Source: Callorhinchus milii
Lineage: Eukaryota
Assembly (NCBI RefSeq): GCF_018977255.1
Contig: NW_024704743.1
Span: 37,822,001-37,886,000 of the forward strand
Direction: 5' to 3'
Length of the DNA: 64,000 nt
The notes beneath the pieces are model-generated. The model was not told the DNA's origin. It searched no databases and worked only from the letters and a program-made list of their open reading frames with translations. Made by a program: the position numbers and the translations under genes. The number at the start of each line of letters is the position of its first letter. The stretch's first letter is position 1. Of this stretch, positions 13,016-25,018 are shown one piece after another.

Positions 13016-13838
13016 AATATCCATCAAAAAGAAAATGTGGATAGCCACCTCAGCCAGAAGCAAGAAAATGCTGTTACAGGTTAGATATGCACGGTGTTAC
13101 AGAGCTTGCGGGAAATTATCCCAACAATACACAGAAAACGTGATAGACTAAGCTGCACCATAGATCAGTGAAACTAAATTAGTGAATGAATAGCGTACGA
13201 TTTTAAATACATAGTGAAGTATCTGAAACCATGACATTTCTGCAGGCAGATTATATATCACTTGGCTTGTTTTACATATTCAATGGAAAATTTATTTAAT
13301 GAGCATAAATTCATCCACTGTAATCACATTCTCATCATTATTTGTAATATTATATTACAAATGTAATATTTTACATTAAGAAATCCATTACTTTTAAGTA
13401 ACCTCAATGATGGGATTGCATGGGGACTCCAAACCTATTCAATGTAGTTAAGTATTACAACCAGTGTCACATTTCTAATCAAATTAATGCCATTTGCGTC
13501 CTTCATTAAAAGCAAAGCTATTCTGCACTGACAAGGGAAGATGACTTTGATGACTTTGTTGGTGAAGCCAGTCCAGTTCTCAAAGGGGCAGGGTTTGATT
13601 CCCAGGCTGCATTAAATATGTTAATCGCAGCTAGGGTTTTAAGAAGAGCTTTGAAAGGCCTCCACAGTGAAGCCTGGGAAGGGAAGAATGAGCTCCAGTG
13701 CTTTTCCGCCTCATAAGTTAATTGTGTGGATGTTGAGTAGGAAATGGATCGAGCCCAGCTGCAATGCCCCCTTTGAGACTCTGGGTGCTTTTACATTAAA
13801 TAATAATAATAATTATTATAATAATTATTATTATTGCA

Positions 13839-14063
13839 AAAAGCAAAATACTGTAGATGCTGGAAATCGGAAACAAAAACAGAAGTTGCTGGAACACTCA
13901 GCAGGTCAGGCAGCATCTATGGAGAAAGGAAAGTGAGTCAACATTTTGGGTCTACAACCCTTTGTCAGAACGTTCTGACGTAGGGTCGTGGACCCGAAAC
14001 GTTGACTCACTTTCCTTTCTCCATAGATCCTGACTGACCTGCTGAGTGTTCCCAGCGACTTCT
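13839..14063. mobile_element. Palindromic Penelope-like terminal fragment with 15-bp TSD
   Basis: Inverted arms 13881-13971 and 13972-14063 centred on AGAACGTTCT; motif cccgaaacgttgact...tccatagat..tgacctgctgag resembles chondrichthyan Penelope ends; flanked by attattattattgca / attatgattattgca. Confidence 0.7.
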
Positions 14064-14070
14064 ATTATGA

Positions 14071-14423
14071 TTATTGCATTTGGTATAGGGCCTTATCACA
14101 TTGTCGAGACGTCTCAAAGCTCTTCACAGAATATACTCTAAAGTAAATTGATTGTATATTTTGTGGGGAAATGCAACGTAAACATGTCGCGAATCAATCA
14201 ATCCATAAAGATTTGTGGATTGAGTGATTCTTTTGAGGGATTATTACCCACAGAAAGTGATCTGCCAATTGACTAACAACCAGGTTCCTACTTACTGCTG
14301 GATAAACAGAGATATGTGAAATAAGGAAACTTGCCAAAGGTTTTGCTTGGTCTGGGAATCGAACTTCCTGGGTCCTATCACTTGCGAGGTGAGTGCACTA
14401 ACCACTACACTACAGGACTCCAC
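14071..14423 (-). mobile_element. Full-length tRNA-derived SINE
   Basis: Ends ...accactacactacaggactccac (reverse complement of head); family body present. Confidence 0.88.
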
Positions 14424-15164
14424 TGCCTATTTTATATTTCTTCAATAATGCCTGTAGTGTGCGAATGCAAGGCGACTAAACTAATTAAAACATGACATTC
14501 TATGTGCCTCTGATTCTGAGTGCTACACATACCGGCAGCAAAAACTATCTTGTAACAACTTGTCTGTATGATAATAACATTCTGCCTGGGTATATATGTG
14601 CAAGACAGAAATAGCAGCTCATTAGCAAAACGTGTGAAACCGCAGAACATAAAATATATGCAAAGTTTTGCAGATTCTATTGTTGTCAGTATCTGTACAG
14701 ACAGAGAATAAGGACGGTGATTGTACACTAATAATCTACATGAGCGATTCAGATAAAGCCATCAACAGTAACAAAGAAACCCAAGAAATTAATAACCATC
14801 ACCGGAATAACCATTGCTAGGAATAGTCCACAAATTCCAGAGCAGCAAAGACTATTAAAAGCCAATAAAGAACATTAACTTTATGCATTGTTGTAGTTCC
14901 ATTTATGTAACAGCAATGTTGTCAGTGTAGTCACTATGTGAGAGACAAGGGTATGTGAGAGAACCACAGCCAGTGGAGCTTTAGATGAGTTGGAGCTTCT
15001 GTAGAGTGGAGGCAGAGAAGCCAACAAAAGGTTAACTGGAAAGTACTTTAATAATAATAATCCTTGCATTTGCTAGCTTTATGGTGGATATGAATTAATA
15101 AAATACATCCTTTTTTTTTACATTGGAAATATGTACTATCAAATGACTTTTCAAACTAAATATT

Positions 15165-15562
15165 TGAAGGATGTCCCAAAGCACTTCCCAGGATTTACTG
15201 TGAAGTGCAGTGACTGAGTATTTGTAGGCAAATGTGGCAGCCCAAATGCGCGCAGCAATGTCTCACAAACTGCCATGAAATGAATGATGACTTTTATTAG
15301 GGTCATTTTTGGCCAGGACACGCTTTTCTCTTTGTGCTATCTTTAATGTCTTTAATGGGATCTTTTACGTCCACACAAGCAGGCATCCTGGAACTTGGGT
15401 TAACCTCGGTCTCATCCAAAGAACAGCATCTCGCGCAATGGAACACACCCAGTATTGGAGTGTTAGCTTAAACTAAATGAGTCCAGGTCCCGATATGGAG
15501 CTTCAATCCCCAGCCTTATAACTCAGAGGCGAGAGTGATACCAACTGAGCCAGGCTGACACA
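15165..15562 (-). mobile_element. Older tRNA-headed SINE (Deu/SacSINE1-like)
   Basis: Minus head tgtcagcctggctcagttggtatcactctcgcctctgag; central ttggatgagaccgaggttaacc...ggacgtaaaagatcccat. Confidence 0.7.
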
Positions 15563-16474
15563 CTTTCAGGGAATTGCTTTATTCAAGCTGGACACCAGGG
15601 TCCAGAAGCTGGCATGTAGCACAGAACTGGGAAGAAAATGCAACACCTTGGGGATATGGGCAATTTGAGATTTGGACATTTATTTGGCAGCCGAGAGGTC
15701 CACTTAAAGTCAAGTGATTTTTTTCAGTGAGAGCGTTAAGCACAATATTAACATTGATATTTCAATAAACCAAACAAATTTGATCATCCCAATAACACTG
15801 CTGTGCTTACAATAAAAGACAAAAGACAATCTACCTCAGGATCACCTCTACATTAAATGGCAAATACTGATCAGCCAAACAAGAACACAATACCTCGAGT
15901 ACAACTCCTGACAAAGGCAGCTCGGTGCAATCCGACAATACATCCAGGTAAAAGAAAAGGAATATCAAGCTCTCTCAGTGAAATGAATGACAACTAACTG
16001 CTTGCTGCATTGATGTGAATGGTCTAGATGAAGTGGGTTGCCCAAAAGTGGTCTGCCCAAGTCAAAGAAATGCAGGTAATTGGTCTCTTCTGGCATTCTA
16101 AGCAAGACAGAATGTCTGCATGGACATGCAGATCAGAGCAAAGATACAGAGGGGAATTCAGAATCCTTAAGGAGTTTATGAAATCAACCCCTCTACACTT
16201 CAATGCATTTTATTGTTGATGGAAGAGGAGGAGGAGGAGCACATTTTGACAATTCAAGCAACTTTGATGTTTACAAAGACTGCTGAAATAGAAGACAGCT
16301 CATGGCATGTGAAATGATGAAACTGTTCTCACTGTTAAATTTGAATTATGTACCATCAAAAGTGGAGAGACCACCCTCTTTTGTAGTAATGTCACTGTGT
16401 TTCAGGGAAAACTGTACCCGGCAGGATTCACAATTCGTCATATTGAATTAACAGAAATTTGAAGTCGGAATGAA

Positions 16475-16770
16475 CTCAACAACAAGCAATTATATTTTAC
16501 CCTTGCAGGATAGCATCACGGAGCAGTGTACAGTGGTAGGCTTGGACGCCAAGCAAGTGAGAAGGGAGGTGACTAGAGATGCCGTCGAAGTGGTAAGTAT
16601 TAAAGTGAGATTCAAAGATAGATAAAGAGGGATTGAGGCAAAGAATTCCAGAGGTAAGGGCGAAGTGGCTGAAAGCACAGTCATCGATGGTGGCACAGAG
16701 AAGTTAGGAGACTCACAGCAGGCCTCTGCCAGCTGAGAGAAGAAAGCGGGCAGAGGAGTGGGCAACAGTT
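16475..16770 (-). mobile_element. Old L2 3' end
   Basis: caacaacaag tail then gaattccagag...gtggctgaaagc..catcgatggtgg. Confidence 0.65.
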
Positions 16771-16829
16771 CAGTGGGTGTGAATAGAAGATGGCTACACA
16801 TTTTAATTTCTATTTGAATTTTAGGTTAT

Positions 16830-17760
16830 TCCTTTTTAGTGTTGACTGCACAAGTATATGAGTTAAAACAAAGCTGAGTCTCACAGAAGTATTGTGAGAA
16901 GTTCAAAGTAGTTTTTTTGAGTGTACACGTACACTCACACATAGTCCAACATATGCCAATACTCCAGATGTACAGTTGTTGGGAATATGTTCTAATTGGG
17001 GAAGTAACAGGAGGGATAGATGAGCTGATGGTTCTAGGAGTTCACGTGCGCAAATCATTAAAATCCAGTTTGCAGTCAGTAAGGCAAATGGGATCCTAGC
17101 CTTTTTTTTACAAGAAGCAGCTGAGTTACAATGAAAGGATGGGTAGACTGGATTACGTTCCTTAGAGCAGAGGAGGTTATGGGGTGAGTTGATTGAGATA
17201 TTTAAAATAAATGAAAGGAATTGACACGGTACACAGTGAATGACTCTTCCCTTTGGTAGGAGGATCTATTCCAATAACAATAACTTGCGTTTTTATACTG
17301 CTCCTCACGCAGGGTATCATCCCAGAGCGTTTGATGGTGGCGGAGCACAGCGCCGAGCCAGGAGGAGATGACGGTAGGCACCGTTGAAGAGAAATTTGAA
17401 CCTGAAATGAACTCAACAACAAGTATTTATATTGTACCCTTGCGGGTTAGCATCTCGGAGCAATGTACAGTGGTAGGCTTGTCGTAACCTGAAGATGGGG
17501 AAGGAGGGGGCAAGGTGGAGGGATAGAGGAAAAATGTTCAAGAGTTTGGGGGTGTAGTGGCTGAAAGCGCAGCCATCGTTGGTGGAACGGAGGGCACGAG
17601 GGACAAGCAGGGCTGTGGCTTAAAATCAGAACTAAGACAGTTAGAACTGAGATCAGGAAACATTTCTTCACAGAAAGAGCTGTGAAAATGTGGAATGTTC
17701 TTTCCTAAAAATCTGTAGAGGTGGAATTAATAGGAATTAATAGCTTAAAAGAGAAAGTTA
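16830..17760 (+). mobile_element. Old fragmented CR1 3' region interrupted by an L2 3' end (17275-17610, minus)
   Basis: ccctttggtaggaggatct | L2 | cttaaaatcagaact...aggaaacatttcttcacagaaagagctgtg. Confidence 0.65.
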
Positions 17761-17959
17761 AATAATAATAAATAATAATCCTTGTATTTGATATAGTGCT
17801 TTTCACGTCTTCTAGACATCTCAAAGCACTTCACAAAATATACTGTAATGTGAATTGACTGTATATTTTTGGGCGAAACGCTGCAGCGAATTGTGCACAG
17901 CAATGTCGCACATGGGGAAGGAGCGACCAAGATACTTGGGTAGTAGAGATCCCAAAGGG

Positions 17960-18070
17960 TGGGTGAAAGAGCGAAGAATTAGGATAAAAAGATCTGTCAA
18001 GATCTGATAGGTGGAATACTCTGGATGGGCTGAATGGCGTTCCTCCTGTTCCTGTTTTCCTGTGTTCCTA
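17960..18070 (+). mobile_element. CR1 3' terminus
   Basis: gggctgaatggcgttcctcctgttcctg...tgttccta. Confidence 0.7.
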
Positions 18071-18862
18071 AAATATGCTTCATTAGTTCTTTCTTCTCCC
18101 TCATCCCTCCGATTATCATTCTTTCTGGACTCACCAGACACTGCAGCTCTTGCAGCCCAAATAATAGATGGACGAATGGCAACCATTCCTACCTGTGCTT
18201 CTCTCACACCAGCCGCTAGATTATAAGGAGCTGGTCAGTTGTTACTCGTCTCCACCTAATTTGTAGACATGTGCCTGATCTCTACTCACTTGCACACAGA
18301 GAAATTCAGTGCAGTCAAATCTACATTCTGCTATCCCATGGCTCTACAGGAACTCATTTTTGTTTCATTTCCCATATTGCTGTGTGGGAACAGTGTTTGG
18401 CAATGGCAATTCAGATAGATTAATGCTCATTGGTATCCCTACCCAGTACACCATCTTCTCAGCTTGGTTAGGTGATACCACTCTTGCATCACAAGATTGT
18501 GAGTTCAAGCTCCACATAAAGACTTGAGCTCATAGTCAGGCTGATACTCCAGGGCAGTATTGGGGGAAGTGATACAGATCAACTTCCAGCTCAGACATTA
18601 AAACAAACTTGGTCTCACCAGCTGTTCAGGGGACTTTTAAAAAAAATTTAACACAATTTGAAAATGGCTACTGTGTTTCTCTTCAATAAACACACTACAC
18701 TTGACAATACTATACTGTAAAAATTCATGTGCTCCTCATATTTTGTACACAATTTATAAGAAACACTTAGGATTTTCAACAATGCAGAATATAATAATGC
18801 AGACGTTTATCATCCATAAAAATATCAAAAACTTCCAGCTGTGATACAGCGACATGTCTTAC

Positions 18863-19004
18863 CATGCTCTGCTGGCTCAGACATACACAGTCTATCTTGA
18901 TTCACCTTTGCCTTGGGCTCTGGTTGAAGTAGTGACTGGTAATCCTGTAGACTGACTGGCTGTGACTGATTCATATGTGACGGAGTTGGCTGCTCTTTAC
19001 ATTC
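18863..19004 (-). CDS. NEK11: Probable NEK11 linker exon, 142 nt, phase 0 to 1
   Basis: ctactttaaaccag|GAATGTAAAGAG...GAGCATG|gtaaga; open in the phase required by the upstream exon (ECKEQPTPSHMNQSQPVSLQDYQSLLQPEPKAKVNQDRLCMSEPAEH); non-repetitive; no recognisable sequence homology. Confidence 0.75.
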
Positions 19005-19234
19005 CTGGTTTAAAGTAGGCACAACACACACCGGTTATTTACAGAACACATCACAGATTAAACCACTCTCTTTTTAAAAAAAATCAAGACAATAACATGT
19101 TGAATGTGTTCACATATTTTAAGATATGACCTACAGCAACAAAGACTATCTCAGTGTTGTCATTTTGAATATATATTATGTGCCAAGTGGACTGATATCA
19201 CCAGAGTTAATTTCAGATATATTTTGAATATGCA

Positions 19235-19532
19235 GTGGTTACCGGCCTGCTTCACATCTCAGCCTCGCTCTCCCCACTATTGGCGAGCCTTCCGCCGCTC
19301 TGCCCCCACCCTCTGCAACTCCATCCTGCAGTTCCTCCGCCTCGCCCCCTCCCTTGCCACCTTCAAGACCCATTTCAAGACCTTCCTCTTCGACCGTGCT
19401 TTTGGGTACTGCTAGAGTAGTATCCATAGCTTGACATTGATAGCATTGTCTGAAACTCTGACTATCCAGCACCTTGTGACGTCCTCCCGATGTGAAAGGC
19501 ACTATACAAATGTAATTTTGTTGTTACTGTTG
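19235..19532 (+). mobile_element. L2 3' end
   Basis: RAFRRSAPTLCNSI...FKTHFKTFLFDRAF, then gtgaaaggcactatacaaatgtaat(ttg)n. Confidence 0.88.
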
Positions 19533-19729
19533 TACTTATTACGTCTCATTACACTTAGTGCCTTTAAAATAACTTCATCCTATTGCTCAGATTCAAATAC
19601 AACAACTTGCATTGATATAGCACCCTTCAGACATTGCAGTATTTCAAAATGCTTGAGTGAAATGGCAATAATGCAAAGCATTCCCTTGAATGATTTAAAT
19701 TTGTGCACAAAAACAATAGGCGTAAGACT

Positions 19730-20120
19730 CAGAGCGAGAGGTTGCACTCTTGCTCTGAGTCAGAAGGTTGTGGGTTCAAGTCTCAAGTCTGGGCTGACAC
19801 CATTTCAGGGCTGGTGGAGAGCTACATTATCCAAGGTCCAACATTCAGATGAGATGTTACACTGAGGTCTGGTTTGCCTGTTCATATGATATTATGCTGC
19901 TACTGTTGCACTATTCAAAAAGTGAAGGAAGTTTCCTGGCCAACAATTACCAGAGATTAAAAAAATGGTCATTCATTCATGCTTGTTTGTTGAATATTGC
20001 TGTGTGCAAACTGGTTGCCGTTTGCCTATAATTAAACAGTCACTTTACAGAAAATCTATGTGGAGCCCTATTGAGATGTTTCAACATTATAGGTGCAATA
20101 TCAGATGCAAGACTATTATT
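19730..20120 (+). mobile_element. Older tRNA-headed SINE
   Basis: cactcttgctctgagtcagaaggttgtgggttcaagtc head; ttcagatgagatgtta; gctgtgtgcaaactggttgcc. Confidence 0.7.
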
Positions 20121-20429
20121 CCTCCTGAAGACCAAGCAAATCCGAGCCTTCTATCCCATCTTTTTAAGCGACTGATGAAAACTTCTGCAAACTACTCACT
20201 GCGGAGGAACAACAATGCAAATATAATAATAACAATAATAAATCTTGCATTTGATATAGCGCCTTATCATGTTGTTGAGATATCTCAAAGCGTTTCACAG
20301 AATATACTGTAAAGTGAATTGAATGTATATTTTATAGGCGAAACATAATAATATTGTAGGACAGCATACTATCAAGTATGGTCAGATGTATAAGTGGTAT
20401 CTAGCTGGATGAGTTCTAAGTATGATAGG

Positions 20430-21470
20430 CTATCAGAGAGCATCAAAGTTTTTAAAGCAAACTCCATGATCTAAAAGGCAGATGAGTAAAACCCAATGCC
20501 TTTTCTACACTGATTTAGCTAGCTACAGTAACTGGATTGAAGCCTGACTTGCTAATAGGAAACAGAAGGTGATGATAAAATGGTTTNAAAAAAACTGTCT
20601 GGATGGAGAGTGAGCAGCCGAATTCTCCAAGGCTGTTCTGGAACTCTTCCAGTTCACACTATTCTTAAATAACTTGGCAGAGACTATTTCCTGTTAGATT
20701 ATGAAATTAGCTGATACTAAGCTACACACTCAAATGACAAATGTAAGGGAGATGAACAACATTCATATACATAGGTACCAATAAAGCAGATGGTTGAGGA
20801 GTGACAGATGCTTTTAAATGTAGATATATGTAAGGTAATGCATATTAGAAGAGGAAGCAGCAAACAGGAACATAATGAAAGGATGTCCATTAGCAAAGGT
20901 GGAGAACGAAACACATTTGGATGCAATTATATTAATCATTCACTGAAAGCTTCGAGGCAACATGAAATCACTATCAGCAAAGCCAATCAAATACGAGGCA
21001 TCTTGAGGGAATTTGATTATAAGCTGAAAGAAATTATTCTAATCTTGTATAGATCATTTTATGGGCTGCATTTGGAATATTGTATGCATTTTTGCGTAGC
21101 CTGGCTTCAAAAGGATATTGATGTGTTGAGAGTTGAGAGAAGAACAAGAAGGATGATTCCAGGACACAGTGCTATATCTTACTCGCAAATCATCAGTGAA
21201 AAACTAGTTTTTGAATGGAAACAAGATTAACAGAATGACTAAATGTTATTAAAAGAGGAGCACAGATATATAAATGTAAGCAAGTTATTTGATGTAGACT
21301 GTGGGGATAGAACTAGAAAACACAGGTTTAAAATTAACATTCAAGCAAGTCTAGAGATTAGAACAATTTGTTTTCCTTCCACAGAGTAATAATTAGGTGA
21401 AACAGATGCAACACAAGCAGTTGGTGTTGTGTTGATTAACTCCTTCAGAAATGCATTGAATAAAAATGTG
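20430..21470 (+). mobile_element. Highly decayed CR1 ORF2 3' part
   Basis: ORF 20808-21230 LNVDICKVMHI...KANQIRG...LYRSFYGLHLEYCMHF. Confidence 0.8.
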
Positions 21471-21709
21471 AGGCCTCAAATTTCACCTAGTTTTAGCCTT
21501 AAGATCATTTTATATTAAAATTTAACAACACACCAAATTGTGAAAATTTCTTAAAATCAATCTTAATTCTGGAACCAATTCTATTTAAGACCTGTGGAAA
21601 TTTGGCTTCTATATTAAGACTGAATTGAAGAATTGCCCACATTTCTGTGCAATCAAAAATTTTAAGAGAAAGTTGTCTTACTGGCTAAGGCTACATGGAA
21701 TTGCAGGCT
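21471..21709. mobile_element. Degenerate MITE-like element
   Basis: Imperfect TIRs aggcctcaaatttcacctagttttagccttaaga / tcttactggctaaggctacatggaattgcaggctt; a similar terminus occurs at about 35555-35582. Confidence 0.45.
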
Positions 21710-21956
21710 TCTGTTGGGGATAAGATGGAAAGTTATAGGAAATGGTGCAGGTTGAGGTAATCAAACAATACACAAGAATGGTTTCTGTACTCTTGGGCCA
21801 GGAAAGGGAGAGGGAGAAAACATTGCTGTGGAGGAAGGGGGCTAGAGTTTCAACAGTGCAAATGTGAGATTCTGCTCGAGTGTCTTTGAAAACTAGGGAT
21901 TGTTTCACCTCTCTTCTGATCTAAGAAGTGCATGATCTAACATAATACTCTGGTAC

Positions 21957-22318
21957 AGTAATAATAATACCTGCATTTTATTATAGCGCCTTATCATATC
22001 TGCGAGACGTCTGAAAGCGCTTCATAGAATATACCGTAAAGTGAACTGACTGTATATTCTATGGTGAAACACGGCAGCCAATTATGCACAGCAGTGACCC
22101 ACAAGCAGTCGTGGATTGAGTGACCAATTTATTACTTATTTTATTTTTTTGAAGGAATTATTACTCCTGGAAAAGCGATCCGCCAACAACAGGGTTCCTA
22201 CTTACGGCTAAGTAAACAGTTGTGTTGAGTAAGGAAATTTGCCCAACATTTTGTCCTGCTGGGAATCGAACACAGGTTCAAGGTTACAAGGTGGGTGGTC
22301 TGACCACGGAGCTACAGG
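21957..22318 (-). mobile_element. tRNA-derived SINE
   Basis: Family tail, body and decayed head. Confidence 0.85.
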
Positions 22319-23134
22319 GTGGTACAGAACTGGGGGTGGGTGGAGGGGGAGCGCTACATAATAATAACAATAATGTTTGCATTATTGATATAATGTCTTA
22401 TCATGTCATCAAAACATCTCAAAGCGCTTCACTGGCACCTAGTGCAAAGTGTAGTGACTGTGTATTTTAGGCAAAATTACATTGCCACAAGTGCTGTTAT
22501 TCAATCAGGATGAGAAGTGAAATCGAGATCTCGTCTGCATGTTCAGTTGTAAGCTAAAGATCCCATTACATTGTTCAAAAAGGGAGTTTCTCTCAGTGTC
22601 CTGGCCAAACTATTTTGTGTACAAAATGGATGTAAAACAGTCATTGCATTTGACAGTAATTAGGTGTGAAGTACTATGAGGTATTGATGTTGGAGACGGC
22701 ACAAGCTCTTTGTTTCTTATGTACACAGAACGTTATACTTGGAGATTATATAAATGGAATAGAGGTCTCCAAATGTGAAAGACGCTCTATAAATGTAAAA
22801 GCTACAAATGTAAATGTTGCTGAACTTTTTTAAAAAATTAAGAAGTGCAGGCAATGGAGATGCAATATAAGCAGATTATTTTACTTAGAATGCCAGTACA
22901 CAACTTCTTCTGTTTTCAGGATACCTTCTGGGCTTTATTTTGAACTTCTAAAATTTGTACATATGCAATTCTGAGTTTAATGAGGACATTGTATTACTGA
23001 ACATATCACTGCCAATATTGCATGTTTAAAAGCTGGTAAGGAATTGTGCTAACACCTCATTAGTTATCAGTGGATTCCCTCATTGCATTTTATATTTGTA
23101 AACCTTTATTTTACATTTACAATTTACAAATGCA

Positions 23135-23481
23135 CAACAATAATCCTTGCATTTTGATATAGTGCCTTATCAAGTCTTCGAGATGTCTCAAAGCGCTTCA
23201 AAGAATATACCGTCAAGTGAATTGACTGTATATTTTGTGAGCGAAACGCAGCAGCCAAATATGCACAGCAGTGTCCCACAAACAATCGTGGATTGAGTGA
23301 CCAAATAATTTTTTATTTATTTTGAAGGAATTATTACCTCCGGAAAAGCAATCCGCCAATCAACTAATGATCGGGTTGCTACTTACTGCTAGGTGAACAG
23401 AGTCTTGTGGAGTAAGGAAACTTGCCAACATTTCACCCTGCCGGGGAATAGAACCCAGGTGTCTCACTTGCGAAGCGAGTG
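23135..23481 (-). mobile_element. tRNA-derived SINE just downstream of a NEK11 donor site
   Basis: Minus head cactcgcttcgcaagtgagacacctgggttctattcccc begins about 27 nt into the intron. Confidence 0.88.
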
Positions 23482-23507
23482 ATATGTCAGAGTTTGGTAA
23501 AACTTAC

Positions 23508-23601
23508 ATGCAGGACATCCACGCTGACTTGCTCAAAATGCTGATACCTTAGCCTTTGCATACGCTGATGATTTTCCTGATATTTCTCTTCTGCCAGTTG
23601 C
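23508..23601 (-). CDS. NEK11: NEK11 coding exon (coiled-coil), 94 nt, phase 2 to 0
   Basis: atgctaacag|GCAACTGGCAG...GTCCTGCAT|gtaagt translates QLAEEKYQENHQRMQRLRYQHFEQVSVDVLH, similar to NEK11 KIVEEKYEENSKRMQELRSRNFQQLSVDVLH. Confidence 0.95.
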
Positions 23602-24547
23602 CTGTTAGCATGAGATGGACCAAGTCAGTTCTCCACATCAGACAATGCAACCGGCGAGTAGTGCTACAATACCAGTGCCTCTGAATAATTAATTTAATCT
23701 AGTAAACACAGAAAGGCTACAAAGAAAGATAAAAAGAAAAGCTGCAAATGCTAGAAAGCTGATATAAAAACTAATAAAGAATTCCTGATAGCAGCGTGAT
23801 TTGGAGGTTTTAAAAACAAATGAGTAAGACCACAAGAAAGTTTGGAATACGAAAAGGCTTTTCTACTCCACTTATTTCATTGCCCAAGAGAAGGTTTTAG
23901 AAATTCTCTCCTCAACTCGCAAAATATATTAATCAAATAATATTTAGTTACAGTCCCACTATTCAAACTGATTCATTCAGTTTCCTCCCATGACATTTTC
24001 ATGATTCCAGTAGCACCGGAATCTGTGGATTGCTTGATTGCTTCTTTCTACACCCGTATCTACACTACAACCTTAAATCCTGTTCCCTCCATTCAGTAAA
24101 CACCAGCCTACTTCACAATCCCCCTCCTTCCCCCCGCTCCATCTGATCATTGGTGGGCAAGCTTTCAGCCATTCTGCCCTGTTCTCTGGAACTCCATCCC
24201 AGAGTCCCTCCATCTCACCCACTCCCTCTTAGCCTTCAAAACCCTCCTTAAGATCTATTTTTTTGATTGCACTTCCTGCATGAAGTGCTTTGGGATGTCA
24301 TACTAATGTGAAAGGTGCTGAATAAATATAAATTCTATCGAGTCTCTCCTCTCCTTATGTTCAAGAAAGATCTCTCTTGATTGCATCTATTTACATTATC
24401 CTTGACTCAGCCTTCGTTTTATGGCCATTTCCACATATTCCTCCAAATCTTCCTCATATTCAACTCAGATGATGGTCAGCCTTTATATTGCCATTGTTTT
24501 AGTTAGCAACGTGCCTCAGGCATTCACTGGTATAAAAACAATGCCAT

Positions 24548-24762
24548 TAGGTTGTCAGGTCGTTGCTGATATGACTTGCACACATACACAAGAAACAACA
24601 CTGACATCACTCTCTTCGCAAGTATCAGTGATACTTCCTGCACATTGTGTGCATGAGCAACACACCGGAAGTGATAATAACGGTACTGCCTGTGTCACAA
24701 ATAGGAAGCGATAATAGCGCGCAATGCACAGGATGTGTCATCAACAATGACCTGACAACCTA
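24548..24762. mobile_element. MITE (non-autonomous DNA transposon), about 215 bp
   Basis: 23-bp TIRs taggttgtcaggtcgttgctgat (24548-24570) / atcaacaatgacctgacaaccta (24740-24762), 2 mismatches. Confidence 0.65.
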
Positions 24763-24769
24763 GAAGCTG

Positions 24770-25018
24770 GCAGAGCAAAACCTTGGGCAAGTTTCCTTAC
24801 TCCACACGCCTGATAATAATCCCTCAAAAAAAATAATAAATTGGTCACTTCAATCCACGACTGTTTGTGGGACACTTCTGTGTGCAATTGGCTGCCACAT
24901 TTTGCCCACAAATATACAGTCAATTTACTTTACAGTCTATTCTGTGAAGCGCTCTGAGACGTCTAGAAGACGTGAAAAGCACTATATCAAATGTAAGGAT
25001 TATTATTATATTATTATT
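24770..25018 (+). mobile_element. SINE, internally deleted and 5'-truncated
   Basis: gggcaagtttccttactccacacgcct joined to the family 3' half and tail. Confidence 0.85.

Noticed and set aside
13560..13790. Possible ancient SINE relic (also 52130-52400)
   Set aside because: Resemblance is from memory only and too degraded to name or delimit.
17821..18226. 128-aa minus ORF and gtgagt donor near 18134 as a NEK11 exon
   Set aside because: Mostly antisense CR1 tail and SINE sequence; no good pyrimidine tract; no homology.
20587..20587. Single ambiguous base n
   Set aside because: Assembly artefact within a decayed CR1.
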